Below are positions 1-9,547 of a stretch of 34,838 bases of DNA, one piece after another. Numbering within the stretch: position 1 is the first letter of the stretch; the number at the start of each line of letters is the position of its first letter. Source of the stretch: a virus (Duplodnaviria > Caudoviricetes); IMG/VR virus record IMGVR_UViG_3300020045_004937, positions 1 through 34,838 of that record. One strand, 5' to 3'. The notes below the pieces were generated by a model. That model searched no databases. It was not told the origin of the DNA and saw only the letters and a list, made by a program, of their open reading frames with translations. Position numbers and translations under genes: made by a program.

Positions 1-412
1 CATATACTTATATACTATACTGTACATATACATCTATAATATGTACATACTATACACCTGCCACCTATTAGATTTAGTTGCTAGGGATATAATATTATTT
101 TTACCTATCACAGTCTCACTCCCTCTCTCTAGTAACAATATTATTTCTAAGAGGAGGAATAATAATTCTCATTATGTTTCTCATTAGAGTCTCATTAGGG
201 ATGTTTTAATAGGAAGTAAACTTTTTCTTAGAGTAGGGGAATAATATTTAGAGGATGAATTATTCTCATGGGGAGTACTCTTATTCATAGAGGTAGAAGA
301 GGAATATTTAGTAGTAAGAATTATTTTCACAGTAGATTATTATTACTCTCTCTATTTATTATTATGTACTTAGATCCGCACACCTCGTCTACGACTAAGT
401 ATACTTCTATTC
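1..412. repeat. AT-rich non-coding region with short imperfect direct repeats
   Basis: No ORF in the track. TATAC/TGTAC units at 1-57, CTCATTA x3 at 168-197, and an imperfect AATATT..AG..GAAT..TT(C/T)TCA unit at 137-171, 243-268 and 303-329. Confidence 0.7.
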
Positions 413-1855
413 ATGGACCCTGTGCAGACAGACCTTGAGCTCCGAGAAACTCTCAAGAGATTAAGACAGATAGAAGACGCCTTAGACTTCCGCAAGAAGA
501 CTCGTGCTATGGAGTTCTACACTCCTAACCCAGCACAGCTTAGGGCCCACAAGTCAGTAGCAGACATAATTCTCTTCTGTGGGGGCAACCGTTCCGGAAA
601 GTCCACCTTCGGAGCAATAGAACTAGTCTGGCATCTCACCAGGAAATATCCCTCATGGTACCCACTAAAGAGACGCTACACCCGTCCTATCAAAGCAGTC
701 GTAGTAGCCACCTCTAACCAAATTATAGAGCGAGTCATAGAGCCCAAGGTAATGTTCTACCTCCCGAAAGATTATGTGAAGGATATGCGCCGAGTAACAG
801 GAGGATTCTTAAACAGAATTATCTGCAAGGATGGAAGCACGGTAGACTTCTTAACCTCCGAACAAGACGACATGATGTTCGAGTCCCAAGACTGGGACTT
901 TTACTGGGGAGATGAGCCGCAGAAGAAGCGTAAGTTCGAAGCCATCCAGCGTGGACTCATTGACCGCAACGGAAGAATCATCCTCACCTTCACTCCTCTT
1001 GTAGAGCCCTGGATGAAAGAGGAACTCGTAGACAAAGCAGACGGAGAACACATCGAGGCTTTCATCATAGACATGATGGACAACAGGTTCGACATAGAAG
1101 GTAATCCAATTCTGACTGAAGAAACCATCAACAGGATTACTCAAGGCTGGGCAGAGGACGTTAAAGAGACCCGCCTTCACGGTAAGTTCTTCCACTTGCG
1201 TGGAACAGTCTATCCAGAGTTCTCCGAGGTTCACCAACTAGAATTCGGCTACCAATACCCCGACCCTGTCATAGCAATCCTAGACCCTCATGACAGACAG
1301 CCCCACCACGTAATCTGGGCCGTAGTAGACCGCACGGATGACCTCTACATCCACTCTGAACTCTCAGTCCACTGCACCGTGCAAGAGTTAGCCAAGACCA
1401 TCAAGTTCATAGAGAAGCAGAACGGATACAAGATGAGACGCAGACTCATAGACCCCAACTTCGGTAGGAAGCCTCTCATTACCACAGGACGCAACATGAT
1501 AGAGGAGCTTGCCCGCTCAGGATGTCCTGGCTGGTACGAAGCAGATGACCCGAAAGAGGAGGGTCGCCTAAAGGTAAAAGAATATCTGCACTACCAGAGA
1601 GACAAAGAAATCTCCCACACCAACCGTCCTAAACTATTCTTTCACAAGAAAAGAGTCCCCATGACCATCCGTTCTATCCGCAATCATCAGTACGAAGAAT
1701 GGATAGGAAAGATAGCCTCAGAGCGTGATGACAAAGAAAAAACAAAAGACAAAGACACCCACGGCGCAGACTGTGTTCGCTACCTCTGCATGAGTAATCC
1801 TACCTACAGCCGCTACGAAGAAGGAGCCTATGAACCCACTCAAGCTTATTACTAA
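413..1855 (+). CDS. terL: Terminase large subunit
   Basis: Walker A GGNRSGKST, Walker B FYWGDE, LTFTP motif III, nuclease-domain motifs LDPH and HGADCVRY; located upstream of the portal. Confidence 0.93.
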   Translation: MDPVQTDLELRETLKRLRQIEDALDFRKKTRAMEFYTPNPAQLRAHKSVADIILFCGGNRSGKSTFGAIELVWHLTRKYPSWYPLKRRYTRPIKAVVVATSNQIIERVIEPKVMFYLPKDYVKDMRRVTGGFLNRIICKDGSTVDFLTSEQDDMMFESQDWDFYWGDEPQKKRKFEAIQRGLIDRNGRIILTFTPLVEPWMKEELVDKADGEHIEAFIIDMMDNRFDIEGNPILTEETINRITQGWAEDVKETRLHGKFFHLRGTVYPEFSEVHQLEFGYQYPDPVIAILDPHDRQPHHVIWAVVDRTDDLYIHSELSVHCTVQELAKTIKFIEKQNGYKMRRRLIDPNFGRKPLITTGRNMIEELARSGCPGWYEADDPKEEGRLKVKEYLHYQRDKEISHTNRPKLFFHKKRVPMTIRSIRNHQYEEWIGKIASERDDKEKTKDKDTHGADCVRYLCMSNPTYSRYEEGAYEPTQAYY

Positions 1856-2540
1856 CCTCTTCCGTAAGAAAGAGCAAGAGGCCGAAGAACCAGAACCCCA
1901 GAACGAAGTAGTCACAGAGGCCGAGCAATACGCAGGCCCAGTAACAGGAAAAGGCTATGTCTCCAAGATAAGCAAAGATGGAAAGGAAGTCTACTCCCAC
2001 AAATACACCGAGGAACAGAAACTCTTCATCGTCACCATGATAGGCCAATGCCGCACTCCTGAAGAAGTAAAGGAAGCCTTCAAGGAAAAGTACGCCATAG
2101 AACTCCACAAACCAGGCGTCCTCATGCGTGTCTACAAGAACGCCGACAAGTGGAAACCCATCATAGAACGCATACGCTCCAAGTACCTCGAAGATATCGA
2201 GCACGTCGCAGGGTATCACAAACGTGTTAGACTTGAGAGAGCCGAGAGAGTCTATGACCGCTCAGTGAAGAAGGGAGATTTGAAATCTCAGCTCTCAGCT
2301 TTAGAGCACCAGCGTAAAGAAGTCGAGCAGGGGAACTTCACCACTCTCAGCTTGACTCTTAACCAATACAACATGATGTCTTCTGACGAACTCTTGGCCG
2401 AGAAAGAACGCCTGATGTCACGTCTAGGTAACTACGACATGAAGAAAATAATGACCATAAAAAAGGAGAACGACAATGGGGATGGCAGAATACAAAGCGA
2501 AGTTGGGGCTGAAGGAATCATCGAGGCCGAAGGACAGTAA
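1830..2540 (+). CDS. DUF2280-like HTH protein, putative terminase small subunit
   Basis: The segment EEQKLFIVTMIGQCRTPEEVKEAFKEKY...RVRLERAERVY...ALEHQRKEV resembles DUF2280 phage proteins as I recall them. SD AAGGAG upstream. Confidence 0.55.
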   Translation: MNPLKLITNLFRKKEQEAEEPEPQNEVVTEAEQYAGPVTGKGYVSKISKDGKEVYSHKYTEEQKLFIVTMIGQCRTPEEVKEAFKEKYAIELHKPGVLMRVYKNADKWKPIIERIRSKYLEDIEHVAGYHKRVRLERAERVYDRSVKKGDLKSQLSALEHQRKEVEQGNFTTLSLTLNQYNMMSSDELLAEKERLMSRLGNYDMKKIMTIKKENDNGDGRIQSEVGAEGIIEAEGQ

Positions 2541-2643
2541 CTATCCTGGTACTAAATCAGGCACTCGTGAATCACATTTCCAAACCACTTGGGAAGGCAC
2601 AACCAAAGGCAAAACCAAACACATCAAACAGGACAATGACTAA
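2476..2643 (+). CDS. Small basic hypothetical protein (55 aa, MGMAEYKAKLGLK...), not in ORF track
   Basis: AAGGAG at 2463-2468, ATG at 2476, TAA at 2641-2643; fills the gap before the portal. Confidence 0.6.
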   Translation: MGMAEYKAKLGLKESSRPKDSNYPGTKSGTRESHFQTTWEGTTKGKTKHIKQDND

Positions 2644-2645
2644 TC

Positions 2646-2771
2646 ATGCTTCCTAAAGTAGACTCCGAAGAATGGATATCCATGAGCCTGGCCCAGAAGC
2701 TAGACCTCATCAATGAAACTCTCCAATCTCTAGCCCCCAAGGAAGAACCTAAGAAAAAGAAAGAAAAATAG
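2646..2771 (+). CDS. Small hypothetical protein (41 aa, MLPKVDSEEW...KKKKEK), not in ORF track
   Basis: ATG 2 nt after the previous stop; its TAG abuts the portal ATG at 2772. Confidence 0.55.
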   Translation: MLPKVDSEEWISMSLAQKLDLINETLQSLAPKEEPKKKKEK

Positions 2772-5033
2772 ATGCCAGCCCAAGAAGTCAAGCAAGAGCT
2801 TCAGTCCCAAACAAAGACTCAAGGTGAGGAACGGCCTCAACCTTTCTCCCCTATCCAAATCCCAGTAGACAACACGCTCTCAAAGACCCTGGTAGAAGTA
2901 GTCTTGGACGACTTCGATTCTGCCCGCAACTCCAGAGAGTCCTACGACTATGGCACTAATGATAAAGGAGAGAAGCTTGGCTTCGACAAATGGATAGAGG
3001 ACTTAAAGCACCTCTACTCTGGCTGGAGAGAAGCCAAGGAAATCCCTTGGCGTTTCTGTTCCAACCGCTCCGTGAAGATAGCCGCCTCTATCCTCGAGAT
3101 GGTCGTAGCTCGCATGTTCTCCGCAGTATGGAATGAGGACTTAACTCGCTGGCGTCCAGGAGAAATCACCGACACCCCCAAGGTCGAGCGCATCTCAAAG
3201 TTCATGGACTGGTGGATTAAGGTGCAGTCCCCCATGCGTGACTTCTTTGATGACTGGGTTAAAGTTACCTCTGGCTTCGGAGACTCCTGGACAGAACTTT
3301 CCTGGGTTGTAGAAGAGCGAGACGCAGGCCCAGAGCCCACTCCAAAGATGGACCCCATGACAGGCCAGCAAGCCATAGACCCTATGACAGGACAACCTGC
3401 TATGACTCTTGGCCGCAAGATAGACCGAGACGAACGCACCCATGCAATCATCCTCCCCAAAGAAGCTGTCTACACCATGAAGGATTCTAAGGACGCTGAG
3501 AACGACCCCATCTGCATCGAGGAAGAATTCCCCTACCGCAAACTTGAAGAAATGGAGCGGGCAGGCCAACTTGTCAATGTCACCACAGAACTCTCTAAAC
3601 TAATCCACGTCAACGTCCCAAACACAGGTATCCCAGACGAAGAACTCGAACGCATCAAGGCCGTAAAACGCCGCAACGTTCCAGTCAAAATAGTCCGCTG
3701 GTACGGACACTTTGACGTAGATGGAACAGGCTTCCCTCAATCCGTCCGCATCTGGATAGCCAAGGACTTTCGCCTCTACCTCGGTGGAGTCCGCATGTCC
3801 GACATCACAAAGTCAGGTCGCCGTCCTCTAGTATTCGAACGCTACAACACCTACATCGACCGTATAGACCATCTCTTCGGCCAGGGAATCCTAGACCAAG
3901 TTCGTGAGCTTGCCAAGGAAGTAGACGCCATCTTTAACCAAATAACAGATGGCAACACACTCTCTATCCTTCGCCCAGGATTCTATGACCCATCAGGTGA
4001 CGTAGACGCCGGAGCCATCAAGCTTGCCCCGAACAAAATGATCCCCGTCACAGACCCGAATCACAACGTCATGTTCCCCAACATCGAAATAAACACGGAC
4101 AGACTTATCAACGCCATCCGCCTTGTCATGGAATACATTGAGCGTCTTACCGCCGCCTCTTCCTACGTCATGGGTCGTGAGTCTGAAATAGTCGGAGGCT
4201 CAGGTACCGCAACCCGCACCAATGCCATCATGCAGTCTGCCGAAATAAGATTCGCTCGCCCTGCCGAGAGACTTCGTGCTGGAGCCGCCAAGATACTGAC
4301 CCGACTCTTCGACATCATTCAACTCAACATCCCTCCAGGCCTAGAAGGACGAGTCTTAGGAGAAGACGGACAACCCATCTTCAAGGCCGGAGAAATCTCA
4401 GAAGAAGGTCTAGCCGGACGCTATGATGCCTACCTCCTTGACGACCCAACCATGGGCTCCAAGGAAACAGAGCGTCAAGTAACCTCCATGATGTACAGCC
4501 TCCTCATGCAAAACATGATAGTCGGCACAGACCCTGTGAAGATATATGGCGTCACCGCCAAGCTCCTTAAATCCGTAGGCTGGGACCCAGAAGAAATCCT
4601 AGGCCCCGAACCATCCATGGATGACATAGACGAGCCAGACGATGAGAATACCCTAATGATTCAAGGGGACTTTAAACGAGTCAAAGCCAACATCTATGAG
4701 AATCACTTGTTTCATATCCAGAAACACATGGAGATGATGCAGTCCCCAACTCTCCAGATGTTAGGCCAGACCAATCCAATCCTCGTCCAACAAATCATGC
4801 AGTACAACCAGAATCACATCATGGAACACCAGATGATGATGCAACAGATGATGCAGTTAATGTCCAAACAGCAAGGAGCTAAAAGTGGAGAAGCAGGAAA
4901 ATCAGACAAGGGAGGAGAACAAGCTAATCCTTTCACTGACCCAAACGGCGGGGTGGAGAATACTGGCGGACCGATGGGACAAGCAATGCAGGATAAAAGA
5001 GACGGAACTGCACAATCTTCTGCGTCGGCATGA
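2772..5033 (+). CDS. Portal protein (podovirus/P22-like)
   Basis: 753 aa, position after terminase, GQGILDQVRELAKEVD segment, GTATRTNAIMQSA, and a Q/M-rich C-terminal tail typical of this portal class. Confidence 0.85.
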   Translation: MPAQEVKQELQSQTKTQGEERPQPFSPIQIPVDNTLSKTLVEVVLDDFDSARNSRESYDYGTNDKGEKLGFDKWIEDLKHLYSGWREAKEIPWRFCSNRSVKIAASILEMVVARMFSAVWNEDLTRWRPGEITDTPKVERISKFMDWWIKVQSPMRDFFDDWVKVTSGFGDSWTELSWVVEERDAGPEPTPKMDPMTGQQAIDPMTGQPAMTLGRKIDRDERTHAIILPKEAVYTMKDSKDAENDPICIEEEFPYRKLEEMERAGQLVNVTTELSKLIHVNVPNTGIPDEELERIKAVKRRNVPVKIVRWYGHFDVDGTGFPQSVRIWIAKDFRLYLGGVRMSDITKSGRRPLVFERYNTYIDRIDHLFGQGILDQVRELAKEVDAIFNQITDGNTLSILRPGFYDPSGDVDAGAIKLAPNKMIPVTDPNHNVMFPNIEINTDRLINAIRLVMEYIERLTAASSYVMGRESEIVGGSGTATRTNAIMQSAEIRFARPAERLRAGAAKILTRLFDIIQLNIPPGLEGRVLGEDGQPIFKAGEISEEGLAGRYDAYLLDDPTMGSKETERQVTSMMYSLLMQNMIVGTDPVKIYGVTAKLLKSVGWDPEEILGPEPSMDDIDEPDDENTLMIQGDFKRVKANIYENHLFHIQKHMEMMQSPTLQMLGQTNPILVQQIMQYNQNHIMEHQMMMQQMMQLMSKQQGAKSGEAGKSDKGGEQANPFTDPNGGVENTGGPMGQAMQDKRDGTAQSSASA

Positions 5034-5127
5034 TGTGACATTCGACAGGATACGCTACGCACAAGGTATCTTGGATGGTATAGACTTACTTTTAAGACAA
5101 GTAGAAAGCACCACTAACCCTGAATAA
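4885..5127 (+). CDS. Small head-associated protein overlapping the portal 3' end
   Basis: GTG start with AAGGAG at 4873-4878; helical GW...IRYAQGILDG pattern like the small genes found between portal and scaffold; fills the 5034-5127 gap. Confidence 0.65.
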   Translation: MEKQENQTREENKLILSLTQTAGWRILADRWDKQCRIKETELHNLLRRHDVTFDRIRYAQGILDGIDLLLRQVESTTNPE

Positions 5128-5139
5128 GGAGAAGCAAGC

Positions 5140-5946
5140 ATGGCAGACGAACAGAAACCGACTGAAGTAGTAGTCGAGGATTCTAGGGTAGCTGATAATT
5201 CACAGGAGCTTGTAGAAGTCCCTGAGAAGAATCCGGCTCCAGAATCTAAGCAGGAAATAAAGTATGCAACAGTAAACGACCTAGAAGCTATCCGTAAGCA
5301 ACTTAACGGAATCTCCTATCTAGGCCGCCAGCTCCCTGAAATCTCACGCAAGATAGACTCCCTAGCTCAAGGCCGCCAAGCAATCCCCGCAAAGCCAGAA
5401 GGCGAGAAAGACGAATGGGACAAGAAAGTAGAAACCAACTGGAAAGGCACAGTCCAGGAACTAGCCGAGATACGCTTCAACGAGCTCATGGAAAAGAGAC
5501 AACGTGAGGATTACTTCCGTCAGACTGAAATCCAGAGGGAGACATCTCTTAACCAGGCCAAGCAATCCGTAATCAACCGCTACCCTGAACTTGCCGACCC
5601 TGACTCAGACACATCAATCCGCTACACCCAAGTCATGCAGGAGCACCCTGAGTGGCTCCGAAATGAACAAGGCCCACTTCTGACCATGTACGCCATGGAA
5701 GAGAAGATGAAGCAGGAAGGTGTGTTGGACAAAACAACCAGACAGGTCGTAGACAAAGAAGCCCAGAGACGGCTTCGTGTCAACTCCACCTCAATCCCGA
5801 AGGGCAACTTCAACCCTAACGGCGGCAAGATAGTCTTAACCCGTGAGGACATGGAGTTCTGCGAGCACAACGGAATAGACCCAAAAGAATACCACCGAAA
5901 TAAACAGCTCAACTCTCAGAGCCGTGAAGGAGTATCCGTCCAATGA
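5140..5946 (+). CDS. Putative capsid scaffolding protein
   Basis: Acidic N-terminus, coiled coil, C-terminal LTREDMEFCEHNGIDPKEY helix-turn motif; located between portal and capsid genes; strong SD. Confidence 0.7.
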   Translation: MADEQKPTEVVVEDSRVADNSQELVEVPEKNPAPESKQEIKYATVNDLEAIRKQLNGISYLGRQLPEISRKIDSLAQGRQAIPAKPEGEKDEWDKKVETNWKGTVQELAEIRFNELMEKRQREDYFRQTEIQRETSLNQAKQSVINRYPELADPDSDTSIRYTQVMQEHPEWLRNEQGPLLTMYAMEEKMKQEGVLDKTTRQVVDKEAQRRLRVNSTSIPKGNFNPNGGKIVLTREDMEFCEHNGIDPKEYHRNKQLNSQSREGVSVQ

Positions 5947-6650
5947 ACCGTCGCCAACAGGAAGAGCACGACAAGCTACTCCAGGAAGCAAACAAGATAA
6001 TCCAATCACGCAAACCTGAAACCGAGCCCAAGAGCTCTGAGGAACCCATGAGCAAAGAAGAGAAGAAGGAAGTAGTCCAAGAAGTCCAGAAGGAAGTAGG
6101 CTCCCCAGTAGTCCTCATCTCCGAGATGGACGCCTACATTATGGAGCGTCAGAAGTCTCAGCCCAAAACTCTCGAAGCCATCGAAACAAAGATAGAGCGG
6201 GATTGGGACAAACCCAAGCACGCCCTAGAGCTCCCCGAAGATTTCAAAGAGCACGAGAAGAAATTCGCCTTCCGCTGGCTCAACAAGAAGAAGCGTTCCA
6301 TTGACCACGCCATCGATGTCATCGGCTGGAACTTCGTCAACAGAACTCTCTTTCCATCTCTACCCAAACATCTTTTCACCGCAAACGGAAGCATCGAGCG
6401 AGGCGACGCAATCCTCTCCTTTATGCCTCTTAAGCGAGCCGAGGAACTCCGCCTTAAACCAGCGAAGCTTTCTCGTGAACGTGTACGAAATACCCCCGTG
6501 CAACGCTTAGACCGCTGGGAGCAGCGGGGAGAAAATCAGTACAAACCAGACCTAGGTTCCTCTGAGGGCGAAAGTGACGCCGAGTACGCCAAATCGAACC
6601 GTGGCATCGTCAGGGTCCCAGATACTGACATCGTAGAAGTAGAAAAATAA
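5943..6650 (+). CDS. Hypothetical head-morphogenesis protein
   Basis: ATGA overlap; FRW...GWNFV...GDAILSFMP pattern resembling genes between scaffold and capsid in related phage layouts. Confidence 0.6.
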   Translation: MNRRQQEEHDKLLQEANKIIQSRKPETEPKSSEEPMSKEEKKEVVQEVQKEVGSPVVLISEMDAYIMERQKSQPKTLEAIETKIERDWDKPKHALELPEDFKEHEKKFAFRWLNKKKRSIDHAIDVIGWNFVNRTLFPSLPKHLFTANGSIERGDAILSFMPLKRAEELRLKPAKLSRERVRNTPVQRLDRWEQRGENQYKPDLGSSEGESDAEYAKSNRGIVRVPDTDIVEVEK

Positions 6651-6664
6651 CTAGGAGAAGTTAA

Positions 6665-7288
6665 ATGGCAAATACGCAACATTCTCTTCTTGGAATGAAG
6701 CCGTTTGCTCGCCCAGGTACCCGAATCAATATCGGTTACTACACCGCAAATACTGGAGCAGATCTGTTCTTGTACCAACCTGTGGCCATGAATAATTCTG
6801 GCCAAGTTCAGGTTGCTACCGCAGCAGACCTCTCAGGTATTCTTGGTGTAATAGTCGGATTCGTTGATTCAAACCAGGCCAGTCTACCTTCCGACATGAC
6901 CGACTTAAACCAGGCTTCTTACCTTCAAAATGGTAACAACGCTCTCGTTGCAGTCGCTCACGACCCTAACCAGTTATTCACACTGGAAGAGGACACGGGT
7001 GGTACGATTCTTGGTTCTGCAAACTCGGCGGGTTGGACGGGATTATGGACTTATGACCAAACGACAGGTTCGACAGTCACGGGTATTTCTCGCACCGTTC
7101 TTGACCGTTCCACATTCGGAGCGGACACTGGCGGGTGCCTTACTCTCGTAGCCCCCTACAGAGAGTTCGTCAACCGTGATGGTACGATTAACGATGTCAC
7201 AACCAATTTCGCAAAGTGGATTGTGAAAATCAATAATCACCAGCTCGGACTTGCAAACCTGTATAACCCTGGCGTACGGCCCTCATAA
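6665..7288 (+). CDS. Putative capsid decoration/cement protein
   Basis: G/T-rich beta protein directly upstream of the major capsid gene; GMKP, GVIVG and DPNQLF motifs; strong SD. Confidence 0.6.
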   Translation: MANTQHSLLGMKPFARPGTRINIGYYTANTGADLFLYQPVAMNNSGQVQVATAADLSGILGVIVGFVDSNQASLPSDMTDLNQASYLQNGNNALVAVAHDPNQLFTLEEDTGGTILGSANSAGWTGLWTYDQTTGSTVTGISRTVLDRSTFGADTGGCLTLVAPYREFVNRDGTINDVTTNFAKWIVKINNHQLGLANLYNPGVRPS

Positions 7289-7300
7289 CGGAGACTAACC

Positions 7301-8221
7301 ATGAATAGAGCAACGTTTAATAAGTCCGTTGTCCCTGGCTTGTTCTCCTTTATGGTTGAGGCTTACAAGCCGAAATCAGGAGAGCAGCTTTGGAAGCGGC
7401 TCGCAAAAACAAAAAACAGTAAGCGTGCCTACGAGGAGTCCGCATACTGGGCAGGTCTTGGCCTCATTCCTATTAAACCTGAAGGCCAACCCATTGACTA
7501 CGATGACCCTGTTCAAGGTCCAACGAAACGTTGGAGCCATCGTACCTATGGTCTCGGCGTTCGTATCACGGAAGAGATGATTGAAGATTCTCTCTACCCT
7601 GATATCCCGACCGAGTTTGGGCAGATGACGGGCGAGCTAGGTTCTTCTTGCAATGAAACGCTTGAAGTCCTTGCGCACGACATCATCAATTCAGGTACAG
7701 GCACGTCTACTCACACTGATGGTCTTGGTGGAGCTATCTTCGCAACGGGTAAAACCCTCTTGCGTGGTGGCACTTGGGACAACTTGCTTTCGCCCGCTTC
7801 GGACTTGTCCGCAACGGCATTGCAGGCTTCCCTAGACACCTTCGAGAATCAGCGTGACGACACTGGCAAGATTCAGATCATCAGAGCCAAAGAAATCTGG
7901 GTGAACCAGGCTAACGCTTGGAAAGCCAAAGAACTCTTGAACTCTGCCTATGACCCTGAATCCGCCAACAACAGCATCAACGCTTTGAAGGAGCGCAACC
8001 TGCAACTCGTGGTTTCTCCCTTCTTGACCGATACGGATGCTTTCACTCTCATGGCAGACCCCCCGCATAACAACGGTGGTGTCATTGCCTACATGAGACG
8101 GAAAGTAACCTTTGCTCAGGATGGAGACTTCGAAACAGGCGACGCTAAGTTCAAAGTGACGTTTCGTTTCAGTATCGAGGTCAACAAGCCCAACAATATG
8201 TTTCATAGTGCGGGCGCATAA
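7301..8221 (+). CDS. Major capsid protein (HK97 fold, Mu gpT-like family)
   Basis: SKRAYEE, KPEG..IDYD, YGLGVRITEEMIED and VSPFLTDTDAF motifs; 306 aa; position. Confidence 0.88.
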   Translation: MNRATFNKSVVPGLFSFMVEAYKPKSGEQLWKRLAKTKNSKRAYEESAYWAGLGLIPIKPEGQPIDYDDPVQGPTKRWSHRTYGLGVRITEEMIEDSLYPDIPTEFGQMTGELGSSCNETLEVLAHDIINSGTGTSTHTDGLGGAIFATGKTLLRGGTWDNLLSPASDLSATALQASLDTFENQRDDTGKIQIIRAKEIWVNQANAWKAKELLNSAYDPESANNSINALKERNLQLVVSPFLTDTDAFTLMADPPHNNGGVIAYMRRKVTFAQDGDFETGDAKFKVTFRFSIEVNKPNNMFHSAGA

Positions 8222-8239
8222 CAACTAGGCAATAGCCTG

Positions 8240-8283
8240 GCCACACCCCCAGGGAGGACTTAAAATCCTCTCTGGGGCATGGC
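8240..8283 (+). other. Strong GC-rich RNA hairpin after the capsid gene
   Basis: CCCCAGGGAGGA-cttaaaa-TCCTCTCTGGGG, 12 bp stem with one G-U pair, extendable by GCCA/TGGC. No U-tract follows. Confidence 0.7.
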
Positions 8284-8301
8284 AATAAAAAGGAGAATCA
8301 C

Positions 8302-8976
8302 ATGGGTCCTACAAGATTTCCTTACGGAACAGCAAGAGGTTTCGTAAACCAATTCAATTATCGTGGCACGACTGCCGGAGACATCTCTGGTTCAGCCACA
8401 CCCAACGTAACACTTGGCGACCTTTTCTATACCAACAACGCAACTGGCACAGTCATCACGAACTTCATTCTCGATGATACCGCTAACCGTATCGCAGAGT
8501 ATCAGGGCAAGGTCATCACCGTAGTATTCCTTGATGCCAACACCCAGATAGACAACGCAGGCGCACTTCAGCTTGTTGGAACCAATAACCTCTTAGGACA
8601 AAATAACTCCATCACTCTCCGTTACGACAGAGGAAACTGGTTTGAAACAAGCCGTGCTACGCCTAACCGAACAGAAGCAGCGGCTGTTAATGTTGGCGGA
8701 ACCGCTACATCAATTAACGCAGATGGCAGGGAGTTTATTGCTCTTGTAGGTACAGGCGGAGCGGCCAATACCATTGCTTCTATCTCAGGTGGTCAAGTCG
8801 CCCAGCGTATCACTCTCAGAGTCGCCTCTGGTGGTGCAAATGTTCTTATCTCTTCTGCTGGCAACATCTGGATTGGTGGCACCAACGCAGTCACGCTTCT
8901 TTCAAGCGGAGTATACGACCTGATGAAAGTAAACTCTGCCCAGTGGTCGCTGTTTAGAGAAAACCTGTTCGTATAA
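8302..8976 (+). CDS. Virion structural protein with two tandem small beta domains
   Basis: G/T/N-rich; two internal repeats ending NWFETSR and QWSLFRE; follows the capsid gene. Confidence 0.6.
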   Translation: MGPTRFPYGTARGFVNQFNYRGTTAGDISGSATPNVTLGDLFYTNNATGTVITNFILDDTANRIAEYQGKVITVVFLDANTQIDNAGALQLVGTNNLLGQNNSITLRYDRGNWFETSRATPNRTEAAAVNVGGTATSINADGREFIALVGTGGAANTIASISGGQVAQRITLRVASGGANVLISSAGNIWIGGTNAVTLLSSGVYDLMKVNSAQWSLFRENLFV

Positions 8977-8985
8977 ACCAATGAC

Positions 8986-9537
8986 ATGGCTGACGACAGG
9001 AAGAAGCGATACAGGTTCTTAAAGTACACATCAGACCGCTCCGGCTTCGACAACTGGGCTTATGACGGTAAGACATTCCACAAGAAGTGGGAATACGTCA
9101 AGCAGAACGGCCTGACACTTCAGCCTGAAGAATATGATGTCCCTCCCCCATCTACCCGTCCTCTGGGTGGGGCAGACATCTCAGGCAACGTAAGAACCAA
9201 TTGGGACACCACCTCAGTCCCGCCTGTCTCCGCCATAAACATCCAATACATCACAGCAGCCGGAGGTATAGCCTCCGTATTCGGAGTAGACGTAGTTTAT
9301 GTCACAGGTTCAAACCAAGCCGTTGACATTACCAAAAACCCGCAAGTCTCCGCTGGCAAGCCCCAGCAAATTATGGGCATCCAATGCGTAGGCTCAAACA
9401 TAACACTACAGGACGGAAGCGGCCTTACTCTTATAGCAGGCCAACAATTTGTCATGGATTCAGGAGCAGTAATTACAATGTTTTATAACGCAACAGATTC
9501 CACATGGCACGAAACATCTCGTGGGCGTGTGTGGTAA
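8986..9537 (+). CDS. Virion structural protein
   Basis: C-terminal beta domain ending TWHETSRG, resembling the domain in the upstream gene. Confidence 0.55.
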   Translation: MADDRKKRYRFLKYTSDRSGFDNWAYDGKTFHKKWEYVKQNGLTLQPEEYDVPPPSTRPLGGADISGNVRTNWDTTSVPPVSAINIQYITAAGGIASVFGVDVVYVTGSNQAVDITKNPQVSAGKPQQIMGIQCVGSNITLQDGSGLTLIAGQQFVMDSGAVITMFYNATDSTWHETSRGRVW

Positions 9538-9547
9538 AGGAGAATAA

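Noticed and set aside
1-412. Possible CRISPR mini-array
   Set aside because: The repeats are degenerate and irregularly spaced, with no constant repeat-spacer period.
3351-3404. DPMTGQ tandem repeat in the portal
   Set aside because: Short DPxTG loop repeats are common in this portal class; not distinctive.
7301-8221. Mu-like transposable phage
   Set aside because: The gpT-like capsid family is widespread; no transposase or contractile tail genes are present.
8240-8290. Rho-independent terminator
   Set aside because: No U-tract follows the stem on either strand; kept only as a hairpin.
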